From the NCBI GenBank assembly GCA_965178125.1, contig OZ237736.1:1488001-1552000 (forward strand): 64,000 bases of DNA, in the 5' to 3' direction. Below the pieces are notes generated by a model that was not told the DNA's origin, ran no database searches, and saw nothing but the letters and a program-made list of their open reading frames with translations. Of the stretch, positions 11,501 to 23,913 are shown one piece after another. Each line of letters begins with the position of its first letter. The stretch's first letter is position 1. The DNA is from Bilabrum cf. latius. Lineage: Eukaryota. The translations under genes were made by a program, and so were the position numbers.

Positions 11501-12101
11501 CAAGACAGAAGCTATCACAAACACCCTCACATTCGCAGTATTGTGCATAAGTAACTATGCCAGGCTCTTTCGCCACGCTGGTGTTCCCGGGCTGCGGTCT
11601 GCCGGCACGACTCCCGAGCCGAAATCCTATTGCGGCACCCCGAACTCTATGGCACGAATCAGGCACATCATGAGCGCAAACCAGCGAAAGCATCGAATCA
11701 TAAACGTATTTGCTGCGAATGCAGAGGCAGAGCAGTCGGAACACGTGGGTTGTGCGTGCGCATGCACATCAGGCCTGCACAGAAGCGCACTTGGGCACGT
11801 GCAGATCATGCCAGTCCAGGTCGATCTCCTCACGGTGCAGCTTGAACCACATTGCAGCCAATATTCCAAAGAAAACTATAGAGTACATGACAACTAGCGC
11901 GTAAGTTGTCAGCTGGTTGCCCCATGTTGCTACGGACGGCATGCTGCCTGGCGAAGTCAACACGGATGAGTCGCCGCGTCTGGACCAGTGCGTGAGATAT
12001 CCAGCCAACTGGTCGATCGAATCCAAGACAAGGCAATGCACTCCAGACGCAACCAGAATGCCAGCTTGCCAAATGCAAAAATGCCGGAGTTCAATGTCCA
12101 T
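8585..12101 (-). CDS. Multi-pass (about 7-TM, GPCR/TOM1-like) membrane protein with long Gly/Ser-rich loop and tail
   Basis: Track ORFs from 11869 down to 8585 are one frame joined by at least 8 TAGs; ends TGA 8587-8585. Probable 102-nt intron 11530-11429. The first TM exon (12101-~11791) is in another frame and its splice junction is unresolved. Confidence 0.6.
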
Positions 12102-12332
12102 GGGGCACTCATTGCAACCAGCGGTGTGACGAGCAGCTGAAGCGAGACACGTCTTTGCACCTCCGCAGGCCTTTGCTGGATTATTCGCCGAGTAAATCGA
12201 TCTTTAGGGCATGCTATCTCGAGCCGCTCGCTGGTCCGCCACTTTGCGTTGGCCGTGGCACCATTCACGGGCGGCACCAGCCAACACCTTCGAACCCGCC
12301 CTCGCCGCCCCTCTCTCCGCCAGTAGCCGCAA

Positions 12333-13916
12333 TCAGCCCAGCTCCCTGCCAACCACGCTAATGTGCTCTGCCCTAGACCCCTTCGCCTTGGACGCGCCCT
12401 TCATCTCGCGCATCTTTCGTCGAAGCATCTGCTGTCTGCCCGCCGAAGCAGCCGCCGCACCCGGGCCGCCACTACTGGCCGGGCCCATCCCAGGCCCAGG
12501 CCCAGGCCTCGCGCCGATCTTCCCCGGCTAAAACCCAGAATCTACGTTCTGCAGGAAGGTGAGCGGCATCGCTTGCGGCAGGCGGGCACGGAACCCAGAT
12601 GAACTTTCTCCGGCGGCCGCCGCAGCCGCCGCTCCCGGCGCACCTGCCCCTGCCCCTGCCCCTGCCCCAGCCCCCCCGAGCGCACCAAGCGCGCCATCCG
12701 TCGCCCTGCCCGCCCGACGACCGGCCCCCACGCCAGCCCCCGTGGCGGCCGGGCTGGCAGCCGCGGTCGGCCCCGCCCCCGCCCCCGCCCCCGTGGCCTC
12801 GTAAGCCTCCGCCTCGGCCTGCAGCCTCTCTGCAGTGGCGCCAGCGAACGCCACCGATTTACCAAAGATGGAGCGGGCTACCCTGTCCACGATGGCCTTA
12901 AGGCGCCTGCGGTTCTGCAGAGACTCGTCCGGGTGCGTCAGGTAGGCCGCCAGCACCTCCCCCATTCTGGACTCCCGCAGGCGCGAGCCGTCCAAGGGGA
13001 GTGCCTCGAGGAACCCGTACACAGCGGTGCGGAGCTGCAGGGGGGGCATCGTCAGCTTCCTGTCCACGATGCGGGGCTTCAGCCACCTCCTGATCAGGTG
13101 CAGCACGCCCACCCTCTGCATCCTCCCCTCCTGCGGGCCGTCAAGGAGGGCGCCGTGGCACGAGGGGTTCAGGATCAGGGCGCGGGCACGGGGGAGCAGC
13201 GCCATGCGGCTGAGGGCAGGGCGACGCTCCCTGGCCGCCTTGTCGTCGTGATCGGCGGCCATCTGCATCTCGAGGAGCAGCTGCGTGGCCTGCTCCTCCC
13301 TCTCCCGGCGCTCCTGCTCCTGCTTCTGCTGGCGCGTGCTCTGCCCGGGCTTGGCCTCGATGGCCTCGTCGATCGGGAACCCGTCGGGCCCGATCATGCC
13401 TCCCTTCTTCTTCTTCTTCTTGCTGTCCGGCCTCTCGTCCTTAAACCGCTGGTTGTCTTGGTCGTACTCCTTGAGCAGCTCCTGGTCATCGTCCGCGCGG
13501 TCGATGAACGCGCGGTCCTCCTCCGTCTCCTTCACGTCCTCCTCGCTGTCGTACTCGTCGCCTTCGTCCACGCGCTCCGGGGGCTTCGGCTAGGACGCGG
13601 GCTCGGCAGGGGCCGCGCCTCGCCTTCTCTGGCTGCGCTCTCGCGGCACGACCGGCCCGCCGCCTCCGTCGCTGTCCTCGCCGTCGTCGCCACCTTGTGC
13701 GGCGCTGCTGCCGGAGGCCGCCGTCTCTGCCCGTCGTTTCTTCTTCAAGCGCCCGCCTTTCGAGCCTTTCTTGCTGCCTCCTTTGGAAAGCCTCTTGCGC
13801 TTTCGCTTTCCGCCAGCCTGGACCTGCCCGCCATCACTATCGCTGGACGAAGCATCGCCGGCGCCGGCAATTTCTGTTGTTATGTTGGCCTCCACCTAAC
13901 CAAGCTCTGCCATCAT
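12333..13916 (-). CDS. IWS1: IWS1/Spn1-like transcription elongation factor (TFIIS N-terminal-like domain)
   Basis: EMQMAADHDDKAARERRPALSRMALLP, LIRRWLKP..MPPLQLR, LRESRMGEVL..THPDES, C-terminal RAEHISVVGR. TAGs at 13898, 13592 and 12530 read through; ends TGA. Confidence 0.8.
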
Positions 13917-14387
13917 GTCCCCATCTGCGTGTGCGGATACATGCAATCTTCCTTCACGAATGTCATTACCGATCAAGAAACACGGCTTCCTAGCATTGCA
14001 ATGGAACGAATACGCAACAAACCAGCTCTGTAGAACTCAAGGTATTGATTTTTCTCACCTACTTGGTCTGATGCCATTGTTGGGGCCAGCAATCGTGTGA
14101 TTCTGGACTTGTACAGTCTCGTGCTGGAACAGCACGCAACCCCCTTCGTCCAGAAATCCGGTGCGACCGACGGTGGCGACCACCTGCAGCTGGCTCTATA
14201 CAGCCTCATACCGGCGTGGTTTCAGGAGACACACCCTGCAGGGACCTAAGCAGTAGTTATGAGCTTGAATTAGGCCCGCTCAAGGCGTGAAAGGGCGGAG
14301 GAGCGAGCACGGAACGCTCAGGTTGGGCCGAAACCAGACGGACTATCTGCCATTCGCTCCAGTGGAAAGCGAGGCACCGCACGGTCC

Positions 14388-16763
14388 ATGGACGACGGGA
14401 AGACTTCTACATCAATTGATCCATCCGGAGAGTAGCGAATACCGGGTGAACACGCCGTCGGACTCGGCCCAGAGGCCCAACACAGACGTCATGTTGTGCC
14501 GAACGCACGTCGCAACCGGTAGCCACTATCGCTGAAGGAGCTTGATACGGCACCGGCATACAGAGCTATATCGAGCAAAACGGGAGAATTTACAAAACAT
14601 GTCGTGGAGATCCAGCAAGAGGCCTTGGACGACGCCAAGCGACGAGAGCCGAAAAAAGTCGACGGGTTGCAAACTGGCAAGAGCGATTTCCTTGCGGCAG
14701 TCATGCAAGAAGACCAGGAAGCGCAGCGTGCCAAATCTGGAGGGATTGCCGGAGCGCGGCGCGGCAAGGGTGACTCCGTAGGACGTTCTCACACGCAGCA
14801 GTACATCAACGCGACGCGTCACGCCGGTCCGCGCTCTGTGCGACACGCGAAAAGCTCGTCTCTTGCAGGCACGGCCACGTCCCGCAGACGACCACCTCTG
14901 TCTACTAGCAATGCGGGGCCCAACAGCCGCGCGGGCGGTCAGACTTTCCGCGGGGGTGCCTGGGCTGACCCCACCATGCAGCAGGGGGCAGGCCCCCAGG
15001 TGGGGGTCGGCGGGGAGGCAGGGCACCCGCCCCAGACCCCCGGCAGCACCCGGTCGGGGGGTCGCCCCCGCCGGGGGTCCATTTAGGTCGCCCGGTCGCT
15101 GGCTCGGAGGCGGCAGGCGAGGATGGAGCTGCAGGGGCTCCGCTCCAGCAACCAGTTCGTGAACGCATTCTGGTACGGGAACGGGTCCAACACGGGGGCG
15201 CTCGCGCAGGTGACCGAGAGGGAACACAAAGAGGCCCCCGGTGGGGCCAGTGGACCGCAGCAATGGTCCGCTGCCGGGCCGGATGGTGTGGTGCGGCAGC
15301 AGCAGGGTCAAGGTCAGGGTCAGGGTCAGGGTCAGGGTCAGGGGACTGGCGGGGCCGGGTATGAGGGAGGGGAGCTGGGGACTGGGATGTTCAAGCGAGG
15401 CTCTTTGACGGAGCTGCAGCTGCAGGAGATCATTAAGGAACACGACCAGGCGGCCCCTGGCAGGAGGGCCCGAGCGGCGGCCAGGCGAAAGGTGGAGGCT
15501 GCGGCGGGGCAGAGCCGGCGGGCGGGGGCGGGGGCGGGGGCGGGGGCGGGGGCAAGGTAGCAGAGCTCCCGGCTGGGCTTCGAGCGAGAAGCAGACGAGG
15601 GCAGTGCGGCGAGCGGGTCCCAGGGGGGCCTCGGGAACCCCGCGGAGGTGAGCCTGCGGGCGCAACAGGCTCTGCAGCGGGACCGGGAGCCGGACGAGGG
15701 TCTTGCGGGGTGCTGGGCCAGATGCACCCGGGGGTGCAGGGAGTGGTACGCGGCGTACCAGCGCAGGAGGGGCGTGGCCGCGGGGGATGTGGTGCTGACG
15801 GGGCGGGCCAGAGAGGCCGCTGAGGCGCTGCAGCTGACCCGGGCTCAGCTGCGGCAGCTGCATGAGATTTTTATTGAGCTCGACTCTGGGTTTGACGGGC
15901 GGATCCACGTGGGCACGTTCCTCGAGGACTGGCTTGACATGGATCGCACCCCCGTGACGGACGCGGTGTACACTGCCCTGGTGGAGAACACGAGCGGGCG
16001 CACGATGGGGTTCAACGACTTTGTGCTGCTCGTGTGCGTGGTGAGTCTCATGACAGAACAGGACCTTCTCCGGCTCATTTTCGGGTGCTTCGACAGCGAC
16101 AGCAGCGGGGGGCTGGACGAGGAAGAGACGGTGCGAATGCTCATCATGGTGCAGCCCAACCAGAAGCCCCTGTTCGGCGGCAACTTCAAGGTGGCGCTGA
16201 AGGAGTTCGACGCCAACCAGGACGGGAAGATCTCATTCGACGAGTTCGTTACCATGCACCGAAGGTTCCCTTAGCTGCTGTACCCCGCGTTCCAGTTTCA
16301 GGCCAGGGTGCAGGAGCGCTCCTTCGGTGTTTCAGTCTGGAAGGAGATGGCTCGGAGGACCGTGGCGCTGCAGCAGGCGGCCAAGAGGGACGGGGGCGTG
16401 GTGGCCAGTGGGGCGGGGCGAGGGGGGGTGGCGCCGCCCTCGGGTGGTGTGGGCAGCGGCGGGAGTGCCGCGGCCGGGGTGGTGGCAGGCGCGCTGCAGG
16501 CGAGCAAGGGCAAGAGCCGCCGGAGCGGCGTGGGATCCAGGCGGTCTATCCGTAGCAGCACCAGCGGCAGGAGCAGGAGGGGCGCTCTTGGGCACACGCA
16601 GGACGGGACGGGTGCGGCGGGGCGTTATGGCAGGCTGCGAGAGGACAAGGACGACATCTTGCTCGCGGCGGCAGATGCGCAGGCCCTGCCGACCACAGCC
16701 GCAGCCGCGGCGGGGCGCACGCGAAGGGGAAGCCGGGGTCGGCAGGCCAGCCGACGTTCCTGA
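14388..16763 (+). CDS. EF-hand calcium-binding protein (calcineurin-B-like core, long disordered flanks)
   Basis: EF loops DSGFDGRIHVGTF, DSDSSGGLDEEE and DANQDGKISFDEF, then RRFP[TAG]LLYPAFQFQ. One frame with five TAGs; ends TGA. Start inferred. Confidence 0.8.
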
Positions 16764-17150
16764 CTCAGGAGTCCCGAGGGCTGCTCCATTCAATCGCGGC
16801 CTAGTCAAAACCATGGCGGTACACAAGAGTTGGATGCTGCAGCGGCCCGCTGGACCACAGAGCACGGCATGCCCGTTCACGAGGTTCCGGAAGACCACGC
16901 GACAAGCGTCACAGCATCAACTCTGCTATAGTCTAGACCCGAGCTGAATCAGATTCTAGAGTAGCATTACAATCCGAATTCATTGTAAACTACCAGTGTG
17001 AGCTTATCGTGGTAGAACCGTCTCTAACGTTTCCGTTCAAGGAGAAGGCTACGACGATTTTAAGCGAGACTCGCTAGCTTGCGGCAGCGAATCGGACCAG
17101 GCAGCATTCCTCAGCGATAGTTTTGTGAACAACTGCCAGTGACTGTGGAC

Positions 17151-18737
17151 ATGGCGCGAACCGCTGCGGCAACACCGGATTCTGATGTGGTTGATCTAGT
17201 CAGCGACAGCAGTGAGGGAGAATGGCACGACGTCGACAATGGCACCGCTGGCGTTCCTTTATTTTTTCCTTCGCGTCGTACTGCAAAACCCAGGGTTTCA
17301 CGAAGTAGGCGCAGCGCTCAGCGGGATGGAGCCCGAGTTCGAGAACCAAAGCAGCCATTACCGCATGCTCGCCAGGCTTTTGTAGAGGCATCAAGCAACC
17401 AGCAATCACCATCCGTAGCACGCATGTCTAGCACATGGAGTCCTGGAGCCAACAGCGCGAATGATCGCGTTCATGTGCCAGCTGGTCAGAAGCGCGGCTG
17501 GAGCCGAGGCGTTGCTATCGGCCGTGCCGGTTTTTAGGTCGAAGAAAGCATCAGCAAGAAACGGCGAGCGGAGATTTCAGCCGGCGAAAGCAACCTTTTG
17601 CATACATGCGAGGTGTGCGGGAAGATGCTTTGCTCGATGTAGAGCTTGATGCGCCATGTTACTGTCGTCCATCTCGGGGAGCGCAAGCACGAGTGCAGCG
17701 TGTGCGGGAAGCGCTTCGGGGAGGCAGGCTCACTTAAGACGCATATGACCGTGGTGCATCTCGGGGAGCGCAAGCACGAGTGCAGCGTGTGCGGGAAGCG
17801 CTTCGGGCAGGCAGGCTCACTTAAGACGCATATGACCGTGGTGCATCTCGGGGAGCGCAAGCACGAGTGCAGCGTGTGCGGGAAGCGCTTCGGGGAGGCA
17901 GGCCATCTCAGGACGCACATGTCCACTGTGCATCTGGGTTTGCGCAAGCACGAGTGCAGCGTGTGCGGGAAGCGCTTCGGGCAGGCAGGCTCACTTAAGA
18001 CGCATATGACTGTGGTGCATCTCGGGGAGCGCAAGCACGAGTGCAGCGTGTGCGGGAAGCGCTTCGGGGAGGCAGGCCATCTCAGGGCGCACATGTCCAC
18101 TGTGCATCTGGGTTTGCGCAAGCACGAGTGCAGCGTGTGCGGGAAGCGCTTCGGGGAGGCAGGCTCACTTAAGACGCACATGACCGTGGTGCATCTCGGG
18201 GAGCGCAAGCACGAGTGCAGCGTGTGCGGGAAGCGCTTCGGGCAGGCAGGCGATCTCAAGAAGCAAATGACTGTGGTGCATCTGGGTTTGCGCAAGCACG
18301 AGTGCAGCGTGTGCGGGAAGCGCTTCGGGGAGGCAGGCTCACTTAAGACGCATATGACTGTGGTGCATCTCGGGGAGCGCAAGCACGAGTGCAGCGTGTG
18401 CGGGAAGCGCTTCGGGCAGGCAGGCTCACTTAAGACGCACATGTCCACTGTGCATCTGGGTTTACGCAAGCACGAGTGCAGTGTGTGCGGGAAGCGCTTC
18501 GGGGAGGCAGGCCATCTCAAGAAGCACATGACCGTGGTGCATCTCGGGGAGCGCAAGCACGAGTGCAGCGTGTGCGGGAAGCGCTTCGGGCAGGCAGGCA
18601 ATCTCAAGAAGCACATGACCGTGGTGCATCTCGGGGAGCGCAAGCACGAGTGCAGTGTGTGCGGGAAGCGCTTCGGGGAGGCAGGCAATCTCAAGAAGCA
18701 CATGACCGTGGTGCATCTCGGGGAGCGCATGCGCTGA
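17151..18737 (+). CDS. Tandem C2H2 zinc-finger protein B (13 fingers), paralog of 6351-7946
   Basis: ATG 17151; TAGs at 17535 and 17640, the latter inside the first finger HTCEVCGKMLCSM[Q]SLMRHVTVVH. Twelve 29-aa repeats follow; ends TGA. Confidence 0.93.
17669..18728 (+). repeat. 87-bp coding minisatellite, ~12 copies (ZF array B)
   Basis: Unit CATCTCGGGGAGCGCAAGCACGAGTGCAGCGTGTGCGGGAAGCGCTTCGGG(C/G)AGGCAGGC...ATGACCGTGGTG repeated. Confidence 0.97.
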
Positions 18738-18962
18738 GGGGAACCAAGTCAATTGTAAGCTCTTACATGACTTTTTACTTGTTCTTTGCGCGATCGACTG
18801 GATTCAGCATGGTCTAGACTAGTCTCGAGTCTAGCCTTGATGCAGCCTATTGCAGTGCAAAAGCATGGAGGAGCGTATAGATTGATGCGCCGCTCGTTTT
18901 ACCTCCCCATGTAATCCAGTCCACCCATTCAGGATAGCTGGCCCCTCATTACAACTAGCCCC

Positions 18963-21578
18963 TCAGGATTGCTGACCCGTCGCCGGGGCACCAGCCGGCG
19001 GTGGCGGGGATGCCATGCGGGCCGCCTCAGGGTGGTGCTGCTTTGCGCAGAGGTCGACCGTCACCACAGTCACGTCTGGCCCCAACCTGCGCGCGCCCAC
19101 CCTTCTCCAAGTGCCTTCCAGGCTGGAGAGCCCGTCCCGCGTCCAGTTCCCATCCCTGCTCGTCCACTCCCGCTGCTCCCGCTTGAGCATGTTCCGGAAT
19201 CGCTCCTACCCCCCGTCCTTGAGACTTGTCCCCGCCCGCACCCCGCCCCTCTGTTTCAGCAGCTCTGCCTCCACGTCGAGCACCGTGCCCCTCAGCTGGG
19301 GAGGCGCCTTCACCCGCCTGCCCAGCCCGAACCCAGTCCTTTCCAGCCGGCTGTGCATGTCATCATCCTCCCCGCCCCAGCCCCAGAACGAGTTCGGGTA
19401 CCCGTTGCACCGCTCCATGATCAAGGAGGACAGGCTGAGGGCGCCCCCGATGTACTTGGGATACGGGTAGGCCCCCCACGCTGAGGCGATGTGCACGGGC
19501 TGGGCCGGCACCTGGGCGTACATGGCTGCCAGCCCAGGGTGCTGGGGCAGCAGATCCACGTCGTGGAGACAGAACGAATTGAACTTGGGCAAGGGCAGGC
19601 TGGCCCCGGTGCCTGCACCACTGCTAGCGCCCGCCCCGGGCCCGGCGCTAGCACCTGCACCTGCACCTGCACCGCGAGGCAGCGGCGGAGGTGCCCCGAA
19701 CTGGGTCCCGTTCCCGTCTGCATCGTCTGCCCGCGCCAGGGCATACCCAATGTTGAGCAGCTTACCCCTGTTGAACTTGTACCCGTCCTGTGTGGCCTCC
19801 ACCACGATCACATGCAGCCGGGGGAGAGCAACGTGCTTGCGTAGGAACGCGGGCAGCCGCGCGGCGAAGATCCTAAGCTACTCCCCCCTATTCTGCTCCG
19901 GCTAGTCCCGGAACGGCACGATTACCGCAAGGGATGCAGTTCTCCTGGAAAACGCACCCGCGCACCTCTTGGCATGTGCAAGGGCCTGGCGCCGGAAGTG
20001 AGCCAGCAGGGGGGCATCGTCGGGGTCGGCGGCACGACCCAGCGTAAGCCCAGCCCAGGGACTCGGCGGGGCGAACCTTCCCTGCAGGTTCGCTCCGCGA
20101 AGCCCCGGCCAGGGGTCCGTGTGGGCATATGCTCTGGCTGCTGACAGCAGGTCCGGGGTCGTCGGCATCGATGCCACCCGTGGTGGCTTCTCAGCTGCCC
20201 TGGCTCGTTTCGCGGGAGGAGGTGGAGGGTCGGATCCAACAGAAGCCGCCCGGCCGTTCGGCGCCCCCGCCCGGCCGTTCGGCGCCCCTTTCGGTTGCAT
20301 TGTTCCCTGCACCTCGGGCCGCTGCCTCTTGTGGCCTGGCCCCCGTGCGGCAGCCGCGTCAGCCCGGGGGGCTGCTGCTGTTGGTGCTGCTGCTGCTGTA
20401 GTTGCTGTTGCTGCAGATGCGGATGATGGTGGTGCGGGGGCACCGTGACGAGTGGAAGCTATCCTGGCCTGCTCGTGTGCCTATCGGCGCATGCGCTGCC
20501 ACAGGGAAACAGGCAGCAGCGTCCTGATTAACGGCCCGGGTCCTGCAGGCTGAGGAGGCTGGCTCCCTGCCCCTGCCCCTGCACCTGCACCTGCACCTGC
20601 CCCTGCATCTGCACCTGCACCTGCCCCTGCACCTGCTCCGGCGGAAACGGCCAGGACTGGGTGCGAGCTGATCACGTCCAGGAACCACGAACTGCTAGGT
20701 GTGCCGGTGGAGGACGCAGCGGATGACGAAGAAGAAGAAGAGAAAGAGGAAGAGGAAGAGGAATATTCGATGGCTGAAGAGTCCTAGCCAACGCCTGCTT
20801 TGGCGGTTGCTGCTGCACCATCGAGATCCTACATCCGCGGCTGCAGTGCTCCACGGCTGGGTTCTTCCACAGCGTGGGTAACCCTGAAACGATACTGGGA
20901 CGCCTACTACTGCGATGGGGCCCCCGAGCTAGCCTGCGTTGAAGACCTCGCCGGTGCGAGGCGGCGCACCGCGGAAGCGAGGGAGTCGATCAGCAGCATC
21001 CCAGCGCGGATCGAGGCGCTCGATGCGTCCCGCAGACCCGAGTCGCACGCAACAAAGGATTCTGGCGGTGATCGGGCACTAGAAGTGCGCAATCGAACTT
21101 TCGAGAGGCCCAAGAGGTTGCCAAAAACAAGAGCCTAGCTACGGTTGTCCGACGCGATCTAGGCAAGGCCGTCGTCGCCAATCCCAACACTTTCTGCGAT
21201 CAAAAGAAGTCTGGATCGGCCAACCTATCGTTTTAAGATAAATGTCGCGTGTCGCACGGCTGCAGGCCCGCACAGCGCATGCTGCTTTGCGGCATCGAAG
21301 CACAGCAGGCCCTCCGGCGACCTGTCACACACGAAGTCTGCGCTGCCTGTCCCGAATCCCGCACCCAACTCTACCAATTGCTGTGCGCACTAGATTGTGC
21401 ATACGACCGTGTCGGGCGAAGCAATGTATGCTGTGGTAACAACGTCGGCGCTAGGATCCAGCACGTGGTGAGAGGGCCGAGCCGCCTTGCCTGACAGCTG
21501 CTCTAGTCGCGCAATCAGCTTGGCAGGCTGCACTCTAAACTATGGACGCACGTCAAGTGAAAAGCTGGTGCGCTGCAT
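18963..21578 (-). CDS. GT7 family beta-1,4-galactosyltransferase-like protein with long unrecognised N-terminal extension
   Basis: VIVPFRD, FNRGKLLNIG, HDVDLLP, YIGGALS, NGYPNSFWGWGGEDDDM motifs. The frame is open from ATG 21578 to TGA 18965-18963, interrupted only by about 13 TAGs. The N-terminal extent is less certain than the GT7 core (18963-~19950). Confidence 0.8.
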
Positions 21579-21646
21579 GGTAGCAGTGCCTCTGGAGTGT
21601 CTGTGCGGAAGCGGTTTGATGGTCGCGTTCGCAACTTCCGGGTTCT

Positions 21647-23743
21647 TCAACTCAATCCCCCACCCCCGCCCAGCGATCCCAGCAACTACTCCGAAGCCTC
21701 GCCGCCGAGCGCAACATCACCGGCGGCTTCGCTGCCGGTCGCCCCTCCTTGCCCTCGTCGGCGCCCGAAGGCCGGCCCCTACCCCTGTCCCTGTCCCTGC
21801 CGGGAGCCACCGCCCGGTGCCGCCAGCGGCAGCGTCTTGCCCTGAATTGAAGCAGTCCCGCCGAGCAGGTCCAGCTCGCTCGCAGGCATGGCCCCCGGCA
21901 CCCACCCGGCCTCGTCCTCGCCCCCACCGACCGAAGAAGGACCCGACTACCTGCCGCCACCCACGAATGGGTCCCCGGCTCGTCCGCTGCCAGTGCCCCC
22001 ATCACCCCCAAGGGAAATCCCCGCCCGTGCCGCCAGCGCCCTCGTCAGTTCCCCAGGCCCGTCCTCCCCATCCACCTCACCAGCAGTCCCAGTTCCGCTG
22101 CCGGCGCCGCGCTGCATGGGCTCCAGTACACCGGAGGGCACGTCGGCCGCGAGCCCGAACGGCGCCCCGATCATGCCCCCGCCCTGCCCCTGCCTCTGCC
22201 CCTGCCCCTGCCCCTGCATGCCAGAGCCCCGGCCCCCCACCATCCCGGACATGCTCGTCGACCTGCCCCCCACCGTGCTGGCACCCCCGCCCGCCCCCCC
22301 TCCAGAGGGACCCTGGTTCATCCTAGCAAAGAGCATCCGAAGCACCGTCTCCTTCTCCTCGGGAGTCAGGTCGCCCAGGCTCACGGGAGCCTGCCCCGCC
22401 CTCCTGCGTGCCACTTCAGCAACCCTGTCCTCCTCGAGCCTCGCAGCACCTCCCATCGTCGCTGCACCCGCGCCCGCAAGCCCGCCCCCCAGCTTTCCGC
22501 CCGCCCCCCGCATGGGGGACCCGGTGGCAGCGGCCCCCGCCCCCCTGCGCCCCGCGAGCAGCTCGTCCACCCCCGTGGCCGCTCTCCTCGCCCTCCACCG
22601 CTGCCTCGCCCTCCCAGCGGCCGCCTCGCCCTTCCTCATGGCTGCCTCTTTCTTCACCTCCTCCAGCGCCTCAAGGAAGAACTGCTCGACCTCGGACCTC
22701 TGCCCCAGGATCACCTCGGCAAGCCGACGCACCGTGCGCAGCTCCCTGTTGCGCGCCCGCAGCAGGCCCCTCAGCCCCTCCGCCTCGAGGCGGGCCTCGT
22801 CCAGCTGCCCCGCGCCCCTCTCCGAATCCTGCTTGCGCCTCTGCTCGTGCTCCCTGGCCAGGTCACCCAGGGAGCGCTCCAGGGCCTCCACTTTCCGCTG
22901 CAAACCCTGGTTCTGACGGGCGCGGCGGGACCCTCGGGCGGCGTACTCCCGCTCCTTGTCCGCCGCCAGCTCGATCTCCCTTGCCAGCGCCCTGCTCTGC
23001 GTGCGCGAGGCCGAGGCCTCCTTGGAGAGGGCCACGTTCTGGGCCCGCTGGAAGCGGAGCTCTTCCGCCATGCGCTTGTTCTCTATGACGATGCGCTTGA
23101 GGTCATCGTCCAGCCTGCGCTGCGCCTCTGCCCTGGCCTGCGTCTTGAGCTCGTCGTAGCGCGCCTTCTGCTCGTCAATCATCTTGGCCTTGTCCTCCAT
23201 CCAGCGGCGCTCCACCGCGCGTACTTCTTCCACCCTGCGGTTCTGCTCCGACTCTAGTTGTGTCGCCAGCCGATCCAGGTTCTGCTCCAGCTTTGCCTTG
23301 TTCTTCTTGAACTCCCGGAGGGTTTCCAGCTCGGCCTGCGCCTCCTGCAACTATCGGAGCGCCTCACGGCGGTCCCGGGTGGCTTTTTCTTCCAATTCTT
23401 TTCGCTGCGATGCCAACCTTGCCTCCAAAGTCTTCTGTTGCTGGCTACTATCGAACTCGAGCTTCCGGAGATGCTCCTCGAGCGACTGGATACGAGCGTT
23501 CCTTTCCTCCACCTGATCCTGGAAGTACGACGCTAGGTCCTGTGTGTCGCGGCCCATTTTGGTCCGTGTACGTCTAAGCATATCGTTGTCACTGGTAAGC
23601 TGCTGCAGCCGCTCCTTGAGAGATCCCACGGTCGAGGCCATGCTTTGCTGCTCGTACAGCGACCGGGCCATCTGCCCCGCATCCACAGACACAGATGCCG
23701 CCGGAGGCACTGCGTCCTTCTTTGTGGCTTTGTTTTTTGGCAT
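21647..23743 (-). CDS. BBOF1: Basal body orientation factor 1-like (CCDC176) coiled-coil protein
   Basis: ERRWMEDK..EAQRRLD..IVIENKRM, QRSEVEQFFLEALEEVK, LGDLTPEEKETVLRMLFARMN. TAGs at 23353, 21949, 21781 and 21688; ends TGA. Confidence 0.75.
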
Positions 23744-23913
23744 CCTGTAAATTCAACAGACTTACTCGCCCAAGTATGGTACCGTAAACCAGGATTTATT
23801 GCAGAAGTCCGTTTGGCTTCAAGCCCTCGTCACACTGCCAGCAGTGCACGGCGAAAACGGCCTGCCAAAAGAACTCAAAAACTCACAAAAGCTGTTGAGA
23901 ATCTCGCATTCAT

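Noticed and set aside
17151-17165. ZF gene B starts MART-, like H3
   Set aside because: Only four residues match and K4 is absent (MARTAAAT); likely chance.
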